Assembly: GCF_001194135.2 (NCBI RefSeq)
Contig: NC_068987.1
Coordinates: forward strand, 108,321,054 to 108,384,590
DNA from: Octopus bimaculoides
Taxonomy: Eukaryota
Direction: 5' to 3'
DNA: 63,537 bases
Every line of letters starts with the position of its first letter. The stretch's first letter is position 1. The notes beneath the pieces were generated by a model. It was not told where the DNA came from. It saw nothing but the letters and a program-made list of their open reading frames with translations, and did not search any database. Positions 26,701 to 40,410 of this stretch are shown here, piece after piece. The position numbers and the translations under genes were made by a program.

Positions 26701-26849
26701 GGGAATAGTCGATTACTCGGCCCCACTATCTCAACTGTACTTAATTTATTGACCCCGATAGGGTTTGAACTCAGAACACGAAGAAAAATGTAATATCGCT
26801 AAGCATTTCGCCCGGCGTGCTAACGATTCTGCCAGCTGCCGCCTGGTAA

Positions 26850-26889
<40 letters not shown>

Positions 26890-27020
26890 CAATAATAATA
26901 ATTATAATAATAATAATAATATTAATAACAATAATAATAATAATAATATTAATAACAATAATAATAACAATAGTAATAATAATAATAATGAAAATGACTA
27001 TGATAATGATAATAATCCTT
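26850..27020. repeat. (GAT)n(AAT)n microsatellite
   Basis: Directly visible. Confidence 0.95.
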
Positions 27021-28091
27021 GATGTATTGACTGCGGATCCAACTGGGAGAAATAATACATTTACGATCAATAGAAACCTCGACAGGAATCATATCGCGAG
27101 AGTTTCGAGAATGTAGCTCAACAAGACATTCAACGAAATACATGTGTTTCGCCGCTTTATCTGTTATCGTATCGTTAACAACATCAATCAACTGTAACTC
27201 GAGCAAGTACATTTACCGATAGTCTGATAAATAGTCCATGAGTTTGTGTGTACGCATCTTAATTGAAAATTTTTTCTATTTTATCATCAACGAGGCTGAC
27301 TTTATCTCAACAGATCTCTGCTGGTTTCGGCACTAACAACGCTGATGAAGACGTTCTTCTCGTTCTCGTCAGCATCATTTTCTTACAACCACCACCAACA
27401 TCACCATTACCATAATCATCGTCCTCGACGTCGTCGCCATGATCATCATCATTATCATCATTGTCTGCGTTGTCATCATCATCATCATCATTATTATACA
27501 AAACCAGTTTGAAAATCCCCGCCGTTGTAATGAGATTATGAAACGCTTAATGAAATAGGGAAATGTTCCTTCCCCAACAACAGGATAGAAGACACCAGCG
27601 ATTGAATCATTCCTCTTACAATAAATCAAAACATTTTATGTTTCAGAGGAGCGGGTTTAGTAATAACGTTTGTGGTCGATATGGAATGTGGCTTCCAGAC
27701 CGAAATAACACAAGGTCTCTATCATGAAGACATAAGGATGTTTCCTAGGCAAACGCACTTAACACAGAATTTTTCTACTCTCTCAGCTGTAAGAAATACA
27801 TCTCGGCGCTGTATTTAGATCGTAAAAAGTTACAATTTAAGTCTAGTCGCCTGGAATTTTGGTGGACGGAAAATAGGTCTCCTTTTATTATTTTATTATT
27901 TTACTCTTTTACTTGTTTCAATCATTTAACTGCGGCCATGCTGAAGCACCACCTTTAGTCGAACAAATTAACCCCAGGGCTAGTACTTATTCTATCGGTC
28001 TCTTTTACCGAATCGCTAGATAACGAGGATGTAAACACACCAGCATTGGTTGTCAAGTGATGTTGAGGAGAGAAACACAGGCACACAATGC

Positions 28092-28160
<69 letters not shown>

Positions 28161-28164
<4 letters not shown>

Positions 28165-28296
28165 GTTGACCAGTAAAGTGGACATTTAATGTGCTAGAAA
28201 TAGACCACATGTTGTGTCTACTAAGACCTAGTAGTTCTCAAAAGAGTAGTGGTCTATTTCTAGCACATTAAATGTCCACTTTACTGGTCAACGTTA
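28161..28296. mobile_element. 136 bp MITE with 48 bp TIRs in a (TA)n tract
   Basis: TIRs 28161-28208 and 28249-28296 differ by 1 mismatch. A partial diverged TIR copy lies at 17893-17931, also beside (TA)n. Confidence 0.8.
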
Positions 28297-29044
28297 TATA
28301 TATAAACATATACCTTAATCCCCTAAGATCTCAGATATTTTTCTGAATCTCTCGGATTCTTTCAATGTGCTAGATTCCTGGTAATAAATCGATATTAATT
28401 AATATCTGATTTTTACCCTGTGTTTTAATTTGATTATATATATATATATAAAGTTCAAGAAAATCGTTTAGGTTTTTATATTGTGAACTGTGGTGAAGCT
28501 GTGAGGATGTCTCCAGTGTAAATTCACTTATACTAAACATTTTCTATATTTCTACCTGCTATAAATAGTTACCAAAGTTTTAGGGGTATAGCACAGATGA
28601 TAACACGGCAAAACTAAGCAGGGTAAAATAAACTATGTTTCTGTTTATGAGCTTCGATGAAGTGATGCAAGCCTTTAACGGATGTAGGAATTCAGTTTTA
28701 AAATTTCCCAGCTCTCACAAGTGTAAATAGGTATCATAAGCTGAGAAGTAGAACTTAGCACTATAAATTAACCAAAATTACTTCGGTAAAACGAGTATAA
28801 ATTCCCCATCCTCACAATGCAACAACCCAAATTTTCCATCTAGTAAGGCATATATCCCGAAGATTTGGTTGAATATATTAGAAATATATAATGCAGAGGC
28901 TGCAATAGATGACATTAAAAAACAAAATGGCGATTTTGTTATATTTCGGAAGAAGGTGAAACAAAGACTTCATAAATAAAATAAATCATACTTACCAAAT
29001 GAGAGCAAATATAGAAATGATAAGCATTATTATAAGGGACGACT

Positions 29045-29260
29045 CAACTAAGCAACAACCATGTTCTAGATGAGAGGAAGTTCGACAAATACAGGAGCCT
29101 GACCAGCCACTGTTTGTAGCAGTTACTATCAAGACGTCAGGTATTCTCGGACCCCGCACAGCTGATTTCGCCTGCAAGATATGGATAACAGCGACCCGTC
29201 TGAGAAATGAACCCCTCGAGGGGGAGTTGTGGATATTCTTCGCGGCAGACTCGGTGGAAC
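29045..29260 (+). pseudogene. CRE/NeSL-like non-LTR retrotransposon restriction-like endonuclease C-terminal relic
   Basis: DERKFDKYRSLTSH, then a frameshift to LFVAVTIKTSGILGPRTADF; resembles the E..K..KY..L...F.P.A.ET.G..G..A..F motif. Confidence 0.55.
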
Positions 29261-30187
29261 ATGGCAGTTGGTCTGAGGTGTACAACCTCTTACTCCACCC
29301 TACTTTATCTTTTGCTGCTTAATTCCCCCTCTTTTCTTTTTCTTTGTTTTCTCGGTGAGGTAGTTCTGCGATTTTATTTGTTTGTTTTTTTTTTCGATCA
29401 ATAATTTCATCTTTTATACTTTTAATACTTTTGATGTGTTCGTTTTATCCTTCTTCCTGTAAAAGTGTGTGACGAAATAAAACTTTTGTTTCTCGATAAT
29501 TGAAAGCTGTTGCAATATTTGAGGAATATTTGGTAAGAAATTCCAACTTGTTCTTCACTGTCTAAAACATAAAACATGGAATGAACGACATAATGACAAA
29601 AATGCTGGAATCTTCTGAAAAATAGTTGCTACCATTTTAAACTAGGGTGGAACAAATCACTTAATCTGCTTAGTGATCTGATTATTTTTATTAAAAAGTA
29701 ATCAGAAGTAGAGACAATCGAAAATCTACACCCAGAGGAATTTATACTCGAGTGGATTTTCCTGAAATTTTTGATAAATATCCTCTGAATATGTACCACC
29801 AATTTTACGAGTTTATTACCAAGAAAGTCAATAAACAATAAATCATCAGTAAGTATCTTTGATGAAAATGCTTCTTGAGAAGTACAACATTGTTTGAAGT
29901 ATGTATATGACAAACCAAATACTGAAATGTTGCTGATTTTGTTCATAACGCCAACAATGGTGAATATTGAGGCTTCTATGAAAGGTAATATATTTGTAAA
30001 TGGAACTTTGCTTTACGCTCATGTGAACAGCAACAAGGCTTCACTGTTGGTAGGTCTATACGGAGAGGGTTTGCATTTTTCGGATTTGGCTACTTTAGAA
30101 TATTTCTACAATTTTCGTATGCAATCAGGCAAAACAGCCTCAGGCAAACTCCAACATAACCTATAGCCCATAACTCAACAAATCAGA

Positions 30188-30568
30188 CGGTGAAGTAGGT
30201 GTATGCTGTCAACTTAATGTGACAGTCCCTTGAAGGGAATAATACTGCTGTTGGTTAGACCTAGGAAGCTGCACCGCTTCCTGTCAGCCTTGATATATTT
30301 TCTGTGTCCTTATGTTTATAAGGGGGGGGAAGCACCTCCACCCAGCTAAGCCTACATGTTTCTGAGTCTTTGCTCGTCTCCAGAAACGTGTCTCTGGATG
30401 CAGGCTTAGCCAGTTGGAGGTGCTTGTCTCCCCCTTGTAAACATAAGGACACAATACATGTGTCAAGGCCGACAGGAAGCGGTGCAGCTTCCTATGTTTA
30501 ACCAACAGTAGTATTATTCCCTTCAGGGGACTGTCACATTAAGTTGACAGCATACAACTACTTCATCG
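30188..30568. mobile_element. 381 bp foldback element (palindromic MITE core 30258-30498 within palindromic outer arms)
   Basis: Left and right halves are reverse complements along almost the whole length, with a central loop of about 11 nt (TCTTTGCTCGT). Confidence 0.8.
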
Positions 30569-31542
30569 TATCATTACTGCATAAATCTCTCTGAGAGATT
30601 TAGAAATGTATTATTTCTAAATAAGACTGTGTTCTCTATCCGTTATGTTTCCTCTATGAAAACTCTAGTCCACAGGACATTTATGTATTATCTGAAACAA
30701 TATACCAATATTTACCAGCTGTATGCTGTGTACCTATAAAACGTTGCCGCTGATGCTGCTACTAAATTGATTAGATTTTCCTTTCTAGATATTTTGTCCG
30801 TGAAATGCATATATTAATTTATGTATTGCATACATATCTCATACGTGCTCTTCACATAACTTTAAATCGTATTCATTGAAATATGTTTGTATAGGAATAA
30901 AATGGCTAGGTAATGCAATTTATCTTTGAACGAAGATAGATGTTCCTTCTGCTTTATATATTTATTTTAAACTCTTTTCTGGAAAGTCTCTTTACGATGT
31001 TTTAAAATAGACAAAGAAATGTGTAGTACAATTCAAACGCTCAATAATCGTGACATAAGTTCACCTGATTCCTATAAGCACAGCTAACTTTCACAAGTTA
31101 CACTGATATTTAAGAACAAGATCGACTTCCACAAATGAACCTGGCTTCCGGAACAAGTACAACTCTCTACCTTATTCAACAGCAAATATAGTGACGCCAC
31201 AGTATTCTTATGCTGCATCTTACCTTAAAAATTACAACATTAGGAAATTCTTGTAACCGACAATACAATCATAACAGATAGCAATCGAAATAGAAAGCAT
31301 CCAGTATTTCGAAATTATGGTGATCGTAAGACCAAACAGTCAGTTATAGAATTTAGTGATCTTTTCATTTTGACAACCGACGGCTACGAAAGGAATAACC
31401 AACATTTAATTTGAATCAGTCTCTCGGTATCAGGTGAAACGCTTTAGATTACGTTGCTGATATTTGAAAACATTCATACAAACATTCATACGCAGGCTTC
31501 TTCTTCCAGGCAAATAAATAAAAACAAAAGGGGGTTTTATAA

Positions 31543-32060
31543 AGCGCAGGAGTGGCTGTGTGGTAAGTAGCTTGCCAACCAACCACATGGTTCCGAGTTT
31601 AGTCCGACTGCGTGGCACCTGGGGCAATTGTCTTCTACTATATCTTCGGGCCGACCAAAGCCTTGTGAGTGGATTTGGTAGACAANNNNNNNNNNNNNNN
31701 NNNNNNNNNNNNNNNNNNNNNNNNNNNNNNNNNNNNNNNNNNNNNNNNNNNNNNNNNNNNNNNNNNNNNNNNNNNNNNNNNNNNNNNNNNNNNNNNNNNN
31801 NNNNNNNNNNNNNNNNNNNNNNNNNNNNNGCTTGTGTTTCTGTGTTTGTCCCCCAAACATCGCTTGACAACCGATGCTGGTGTGTTTACGTCTCCGTAAT
31901 GTAGCGGTTCGCCAAAAAAAGACCGATAGAGTAAGTATTAGGCTTACAAAGAATAAGTTCTGAGGTTGATTTGCTCGACTAAAGGCGGTGCTCCAGCATG
32001 GCCGCAGTCAAATGACTGAAACAAATGAAAGAGAAGAAAAGAGTAAAAGAGTAAAGAGTA
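31543..32060 (+). mobile_element. SINE family A, full length (gap in internal microsatellite)
   Basis: Same head, body and GAGTAAAA tail as 15383-15777. Confidence 0.9.
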
Positions 32061-32580
32061 TAATATACTATCCTCGTTGAAGGCTTGAAAATCTCAAACT
32101 ATAGCAGGAATCAACAATTATCCATTGGAACGGACAAAAACATCAAAGGATAGCAATACCAATTATAAAAGCAATATGTCTCAAGATAATGAAACTGGTC
32201 AAGAATAACCAAAGTATGGTAAAACCGACATGGGTCTACAATGGCATATCACTAATCATGTATAATCCTTGAGTTATAATCATGTTTAATCCTTGAGTAT
32301 AAATGCATTATAATATAATACAACATAAGATAAGTATGGTCCTCAATGGTAAATACATTATATAAGAGGAATAATTGACCAACAACGACATGAATTTCAC
32401 CAGGTTGTAAAGGTCTGCAAATATCGCTAAGAGTTCAGTTGGTTGGTATATACTTTGTGCTATTCCTCTTATATTTGCTATAAAACAGAAGCGTGTGTAA
32501 AATAGAAGTGCTTGGTTGAAAATATTACATACATATGTTATAGACTACGCATAATGTTGTGAGTTCAGTTGCTTGACCGA

Positions 32581-32786
32581 TGTCCTTATGTTTACAAGCG
32601 GGAGACAAGCACCTCCACCCAGCTAAGCCTGCATCTAGAGACATGTTTCTGGAGACGAGCAAAGACTGAGAAACATGTCTCTGGATGCAGGCTTAGCTGG
32701 GTGGAGGTGATTGTCCCCCCTTGTAAACATAAGGACACAGGAAATGTGTCAAGGCTGACAGGAAACGGTGCAGCTTCCTAGGTCTA
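32581..32786. mobile_element. Second, left-truncated copy of the palindromic MITE core
   Basis: Hairpin 32581-32737. Shares sequence with 30258-30498 in the opposite orientation and ends at CCTAGGTC-TA with a different flank. Confidence 0.8.
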
Positions 32787-33616
32787 TCCTTGCTTCTTAG
32801 GCAAGGCAGTTTATTTCCTGTTGATACAGTCTCTTAGGCTGAAATTGGGTAGCAGCCCAGTACTGATGTATCCCTCCCTCCCTATTGCTGTCACATCCCA
32901 GATGTTCCATCGGGGCATACGAAGGATGGCCGAGAGACTTAGGTATCTACATTCGACCACATAGGTATTAAAAAACATTCGACGAAAGCATAACGTAACC
33001 ATTGCAACCAAGTCAAACTCGCTTGCAAATATGGCTATACTTTATTACATAATGTAACGGGACACGATGGTCACGTGATCATTACTACTTAACATGTTTA
33101 TCTAATCGTTGCAGAAATGAATTTTGATTCACTTGAATATGGCTCCTTATATTAAAGAAACCTATTTGATTCCAGATTTACTTGCATAAATATTTTATTT
33201 TATTTTTACTTCATTTACTTGGCTCGGTCATAGGAATGCTGAATCGTCCTCCGTATTTCTATTTGTTTCGGATTTTGCTGCCGAACCGCTAGGCGACGGA
33301 GGTCGTGATCAAACAAACACCGATTGACAAACGGCGTAGAGGAAGAAAACACAAGCACAAAGACACACACATGTACACACATACACACACAGACACACGC
33401 ACACACGCATACATATATATACATATGTGTGTGTTCGGCAAACGTCCATACAGTGTCCGTCTTCTAAATTTATTCCTAAAACTGTATTCGACCAGGGACT
33501 ATAGTAAAAGATACCTGCCCAAGTTGTTGCGAGGTAGGACTGGACACGGAACCATATGGTTGCAAAGCGAGTATTGTAACCACACATTTATGCTTGCGCC
33601 TCTTGCAAGCGTTTAT

Positions 33617-33818
33617 TTACTCTTTTATTCTTTTACTTCTTATAGTCATTTGACTGTGCCATGCTGGAGCACCGCATTTAGTCGAGAAAATCGACTCCAG
33701 GACGTATTCTTTGTAAGCCTAGTACTTATTCTATCGATCTGTTTTGCCGAACCGCTAGATTACGGGGACCTAAACACACCAGCATCGGTTGTCAAACAAT
33801 GTTGAAGGGACAAACACA

Positions 33819-33850
<32 letters not shown>

Positions 33851-34150
33851 NNNNNNNNNNNNNNNNNNNNNNNNNNNNNNNNNNNNNNNNNNNNNNNNNN
33901 NNNNNNNNNNNNAGAAAACACAAGCACAAAGACACACACATGTACACACATACACACACAGACACACGCACACACGCATACATATATATACATATATACG
34001 GCAGGCTTCTTTCAGTTTCCGTCTACTAAATCCACTCACAAGGCTTTGGTCGACCCGAGGCTATAGTAGAAGACACTTGCCTAAGGTGCCACGCAGTGGG
34101 ACTGAACCCGGAACCATGTGGCTGGTAAGAAAGCTACTTACCACACAGCC
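33617..34150 (-). mobile_element. SINE family A, near full length
   Basis: Homology to 15383-15777; an old diverged copy precedes it at about 33205-33600. Confidence 0.85.
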
Positions 34151-34747
34151 AAGTCCTTAAATTTTTGTTATGAGAGACTGTGGATATGACTCCCTCCTTG
34201 ACTCACAATGCTATGAGTGGTCATTATAACTCGAAGAGGCCCTGTTTCGCCAAATCTGTTAACCTGATTTATGCATATTAATATATGGTAACAATTTCAT
34301 TAATGCTTGACTTGTGACCCTGTTACTTAAACGTCTCTATATACATCATTTCCTAGAAAGCACAGATTTACTTATGAAAACAAAGATAAAGCAGCGACAA
34401 AGGAAAATGATCCAACAGTTACACTATACGTTAGGGTAACATATCAAAGAAGCGCTATATGAATGCTATGCAGAAAATAAATGAAGAGAAGACATACAAA
34501 CTGTAGTAAGTATTCAGGAATGCGTAGAGAAATGACATATACGTATTCTTTTTATTAGATCTTTTAAATAAAAACAAGTAATAGCAAAAATCTCAAGTTG
34601 ACATTTTTTAAGCTTAGATCTCATAATGCGAGACATTTTTGAGCCAAATTGGTGAGAGAATATGTGTCAAGAAGTAATCCTTTCTTTACTTGTCATGTCG
34701 ACGATTATTATTAGGAAGACAGAAATGAAAACAACAACAACAACAAC

Positions 34748-34825
<78 letters not shown>

Positions 34826-35145
34826 GATAAGAAGAATCAGTAATATATTATGAATACTGACACGTTACAAAAGAAGAAGTGAAACAAAAACAAATGTACA
34901 AAAGGAACATTCCGGAAGAAAAAAAAAACAGAATATAATAAACAACATAGTTTAAATTATTAACCATGAAGAGGTAGAACAAAGAATTCAGTGAAGCAAA
35001 TTCAACAGGCAATTGGTTTTGTACACAAATTTAGACAGTATAAGCTAACTAAACAAACACTGTACATCATTTCTTTGACATGATTCTATTTTAGTGTGAA
35101 AGATGTTTAGTAATTCCTAGAATATTGTTTGTCATAAGTCATGAT

Positions 35146-35192
<47 letters not shown>

Positions 35193-36703
35193 TACTTTCT
35201 TTTATCTCTTCGCTTATATATGTGTATGCATGTGTTTGTGGTGATGGAAATGTGTGTATATGTATATATATATATATGTGTATGTATGTATGTATGTATG
35301 TATTTATAACGATATATTACGACCAATGTATAAAGAATTATTTGAAGACTTGATAATGGAGTTTTTATCAAAACGTTAACATAAATGTCTAAATGTTTCA
35401 ATGTTCATTTGTTTTCGGTAATAAACATGTGCGATTGCAGAAGTTGATTCTTTTGTTGTTATAAAATAATTTCTATTAATATAAAGTGCGTTTCTATTAT
35501 TAAAGACTTTTCTTTTTAAATATTGAAAAAAGAAATAAACTCTACTAAAATTTCTTTTATAAAGCTATAAATGATGAATGACATTTGTAGTCGTCTGAAC
35601 TTGTACAGTTTTAGGAACATTTAACATTTAAATTAAGCGTAACTTATGCCGAACTCTATATCTCTTCCGATTGGCAATATTAACGATTGTAAAATTAATG
35701 GCGGAGAGTTGGCAGAAACAATATTTCAGCACAGTAAATAATTTACGGTGTTTAGCTACATTTTTCTGGACTCTGAGTTCAAATCTCATTGATCTAAATA
35801 TTGCCTTTCATCATTCCGGGGTCAATAAAACACAAGTTAATTGCATTCTGGCTCATTAGAATATCTTATACAGAGTTTACGCAAAACTTTTGTAAAATTC
35901 TTCTTGTAATTGTTTACCATTATCCATAGAATGCTTCGCTTCTTTGTTAGATGTCACTACAATAATCTGAATATGCTGGTAATGAAATGAAACCACATCC
36001 CTATATATCACGAAAAGGTTGTCGGTGAGTAGGGTATGCCATTGGCTCTTTACTGATTCCAATCTTCACTCCCACTGTTTTCATTCTTTCTGCTAGACCG
36101 GCTTTCGTTTGCATTTTCCATTACAGCGGACTATTTTCAACCAAACAATCGCATGTACCTGTTGAAAAAATACACCAAACAGCTACAAGGTAGATTTATT
36201 CTAATAATAAATAAAGTTTTAATAATCCTTTCTACGGAAGGCACAAGGTCTGAAAATTTGGGGGAGTGTACTAGTCGATTACATCGACCCCGTGTTTCAC
36301 TGGTACTTAATTTATACACCCACGAATGGATGAAAAGCAAAGTCGACCACAGTGGAATTTGAACTTAGAGCGTAGTGATGGGCGAAAGATTCTGCCAAGC
36401 TCGTCGCCTTAAAGAATGTTGTAGTAATACGAAGTTAAAGCTGCAGTATATATTATGAGCGAAATCGCAAATTATTAAATCCCTACGATGGGTCTGGAAA
36501 CAAAGTACGTCAAATTTCTGTAGAAGATATCTCGAAAGCGATCAACAATTGCCCAAAATGTCGTTACGTTACTACATTCCAATATATTTTGACAACGCTA
36601 TGGAAACAATTTCTGAAGTTTACACTGTAACTTTTCTCCTTTGCTATAATATGATTTCTGCATTGACGTATGTTCTTTGGAAGGGTCAACCACTTTTTTA
36701 TAG

Positions 36704-36773
<70 letters not shown>

Positions 36774-37130
36774 NNNNNNNNNNNNNNNNNNNNNNNNNNN
36801 NNNNNNNNNNNNNNNNNNNNNNNNNNNNNNNNNNNNNNNNNNNNNNNNNNNNNNNNNNNNNNNNNNNNNNNNNNNNNNNNNNNNNNNNNNNNNNNNNNNN
36901 NNNNNNNNNNNNNNNNNNNNNNNNNNNNNNNNNNNNNNNNNNNNNNNNNNNNNNNNNNNNNNNNNNNNNNNNNNNNNNNNNNNNNNNNNNNNNNNNNNNN
37001 NNNNNNNNNNNNNNNNNNNNNNNNNNNNNNNNNNNNNNNNNNNNNNNNNNNNNNNNNNNNNNNNNNNNNNNNNNNNNNNNNNNNNNNNNNNNNNNNNNNN
37101 NNNNNNNNNNNNNNNNNNNNNNNNNNNNNN

Positions 37131-37182
<52 letters not shown>

Positions 37183-38178
37183 TGCACTAAAAGCAAATGC
37201 TGTTGTTCATTTAGGACACAAAACTCCTATACGCTCACTATTCCTAAGATGGTCATAGATTCCTCAGTCACCTTCTCCATTGGACCCTACCAGGAGCGAC
37301 TGTTATTACAAACTTTGGCTCTATTCCCAAGCCTGGCCAACTGAGAACATGGATGTTATTCAACCACTACCTGCATCGTCTCCTGTCGGTTAGATAAGAA
37401 GAATCTGTTTGGCGATTTTTCTTGCGACATTATAATTACATATCCACAGTACCAGAATTGTGACCTCTGAATGCGAAGAAGAAACAACTCGCTTAAATGC
37501 AAACATAAAAGTTTTGGAGAAAACTTATACAGATGCTATAGAGGTCAGATGCACCGTAAATGTGAACATTACTTTAGAAAAAATGAAGTGAGGAATACAT
37601 ACAGACTACTTTTACGTGACGTGCAGTTACAACAGAATGGCTATAAATTCTAACTCATAACATATAATTATTGTTGGACTCGGTTATGTTGGTACACGTC
37701 TAGATAATAATATAGAAAACTTAGGTTATGCATACAGAGGAAACGACCGGCTAACACGCACTTTACAAATACAGTCTGTATTCCTCGCACTAAATATGCA
37801 CAACTTTCTAAACTTTAAAATAAAACGTCTTGCTATTTTTATTATTTGGGTCCCGGTGATGCGGCATATTTCTTATAACTTTTACATACAAATGATATAC
37901 ACAGGATATCCGAGTCGAAACACAAACTTAAGAAATATGTTGGCTTTCCTATTGTTAAATTTTCTATTCGATAAAATATACAAATGACGTTTGTGGGTGT
38001 CTGTGTGTGCGTGTGCATGCATGTAGTAAAACGGTAGTGAATATCGTTTTTATTTAGGAAACCAAAATCCCGGGACGATTACTGGTAAACAAAATCCTAA
38101 ATCCTGGTATGTGTACATATGTGTGTGTGTTGCTGTACATGGGTATATACATACTAATATACATGCATATATTTATAA

Positions 38179-38254
<76 letters not shown>

Positions 38255-38896
38255 ATAGAGACTGGACTTGATTACTGACCTGACCTATTTTCGTCCATTT
38301 GGCTACACTAGATATACATCTGAGTTGAATCAGAAGCACCAAGAATATGGGTTGGCTTTCGTATTGTTAAATTTTCTCTTTGATAAAATATACAATGATG
38401 CTCAATATATATTTCACTTTTTTACTTGATAGATTGTCATTTTGAAATTTGTAGTAGGTTTTGCACACCTTCGAGTAAAGTCTTGTCTGACACGGAAGGA
38501 ATGAATGCAGCGATGATTCTCGATTTCGGAATTTCCAGGAATGTGTTCCGGTATCATGTACCATTTGTTAGATCCACACATGTTCAGCCGTTTTATATAT
38601 ATNNNNNNNNNNNNNNNNNNNNNNNNNNNNNNNNNNNNNNNNNNNNNNNNNNNNNNNNNNNNNNNNNNNNNNNNNNNNNNNNNNNNNNNNNNNNNNNNNN
38701 NNNNNNNNNNNNNNNNNNNNNNNNNNNNNNNNNNNNNNNNNNNNNNNNNNNNNNNNNNNNNNNNNNNNNNNNNNNNNNNNNNNNNNNNNNNNNNNNNNNN
38801 NNNNNNNNNNNNNNNNNNNNNNNNNNNNNNNNNNNNNNNNNNNNNNNNNNNNNNNNNNNNNNNNNNNNNNNNNNNNNNNNNNNNNNNNNNNNNNAG

Positions 38897-39434
38897 CGCA
38901 ATAGAGGACGATACAACAACCGGACAGATAGGCGAGAGAAAGGCGGACAGGATAAACAACAATTAGAGGAACAAGAAAAAAAATGACCGGTCATTCGTGG
39001 CCTTCTTTCGTCTGTCAAATTACCAAATGTCCTTACAGTTTCGGGCAGTTACACGTGAGACTGTTCGATCCGTTTAACCCCCAAAATTTTAAGCTAGGAG
39101 CATTAGATTTGTTGTAAGAAAACTAACGAATGTGTACGACGACAAAGACAGAAAAAAAAAACAAAAAAAAAACGGAGAACATGTTTCCTGCCTTAAGGCT
39201 TTCACTTTATACACGCCAGCTCAGTTTGATTTGTCCTCAGCCGAAAGACACCTGTTGTTATATTCTTGTTAGTTGTAATTGTGTACCATGTTGTCCCTAT
39301 ATGTATGTATATCTAGTAATTTAACTGACGATATAAGGCCACGAATGACCCATCCTTTATTTCTTGTCCCTCTAATTGTTGTTTTTCCTGTCCGCCTTTC
39401 TATCTCTCCGGATGTTTTATTGTCCTCTATTGCG
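38897..39434. mobile_element. Long-TIR non-autonomous element
   Basis: 38897-39023 and 39316-39434 are diverged inverted repeats; TA-rich flank on the right, gap on the left. Confidence 0.65.
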
Positions 39435-39448
39435 TTTTTGTTCCATTA

Positions 39449-39486
<38 letters not shown>

Positions 39487-40348
39487 TACCATAATTGGTA
39501 AAGTCATATGTGTAACACGTTCTGTACGTTCATATATATATGGGGCGTGTAGTTTGTTGATTGTTTGTGTGTGTACGTATGTATGCATGCATATATATAC
39601 AGATACAGATATTACATACATAAACTAATACATACGTACAGATAAACGTACATAGGGTAGTGCATGTGCGTACCCTGTTCTGCATGTATCCGGGCGCTAG
39701 TGCGTGATACATACTAACGATACACGATATTGAATACGCAGTCTGGAACTAAACAAGATGATGTCCCACTGAATGTGAGTCACTAGTGTGCCTGTGCGAA
39801 AGAACACAAAGAAACAAAGAAAAGCTGTGGATAGTTGGAATCATACGCAATGAGCAAAAGAAATGAATGCAGTGGGACGGAACGTATGAGGTGTATGGGA
39901 GGTGATGGATGGGGAAAGTTGTGTTAAGCGATCCGCAGAGAAAGAACGTACGATATGACGAAATTAGGGCGCGGGGAAAATGGAAAACTGACGAATAATT
40001 TTCTCTAGAAACAGATTTTGCGAATGATAGGGCAATATACTGTGACACGTGACAAAGCGCTGCGCTGTGCTGAAGAGGGTTTCTGTAAACCATGCAACCC
40101 GGGGCTATGACGGAAAAATTATCTGCAGACGTATATGTGTGCATGCGTATGTCTATATGTATGTGGGGGGGGGGGTGTTTACATTACATTATGCACATGT
40201 AGGCATGCAAATACTCCGTAGATTGACACATGCACATATATATGCATGCATACATGTAAAACATCACAACCAATAATAACATTACGTCACATTTTACAAA
40301 CATATTACACACATAAAAAATGAATACATACGCACATATATATATGTA

Positions 40349-40384
<36 letters not shown>

Positions 40385-40410
40385 CATAAATATATAGGGA
40401 TTGACAGTAA

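Noticed and set aside
29580-30166. Long stop-poor frame including the 90 aa ORF at 29894
   Set aside because: No recognisable motif; may be decayed TE coding sequence but cannot be assigned.
36484-36625. TACGATGGG start resembling a mariner TIR
   Set aside because: No matching opposite TIR or coding motif found.
39170-39245. Minus-strand GCC-TTAA-GGC..GAAACATGTT motif
   Set aside because: No adjacent CUGANGA or stem I; risk of over-fitting.
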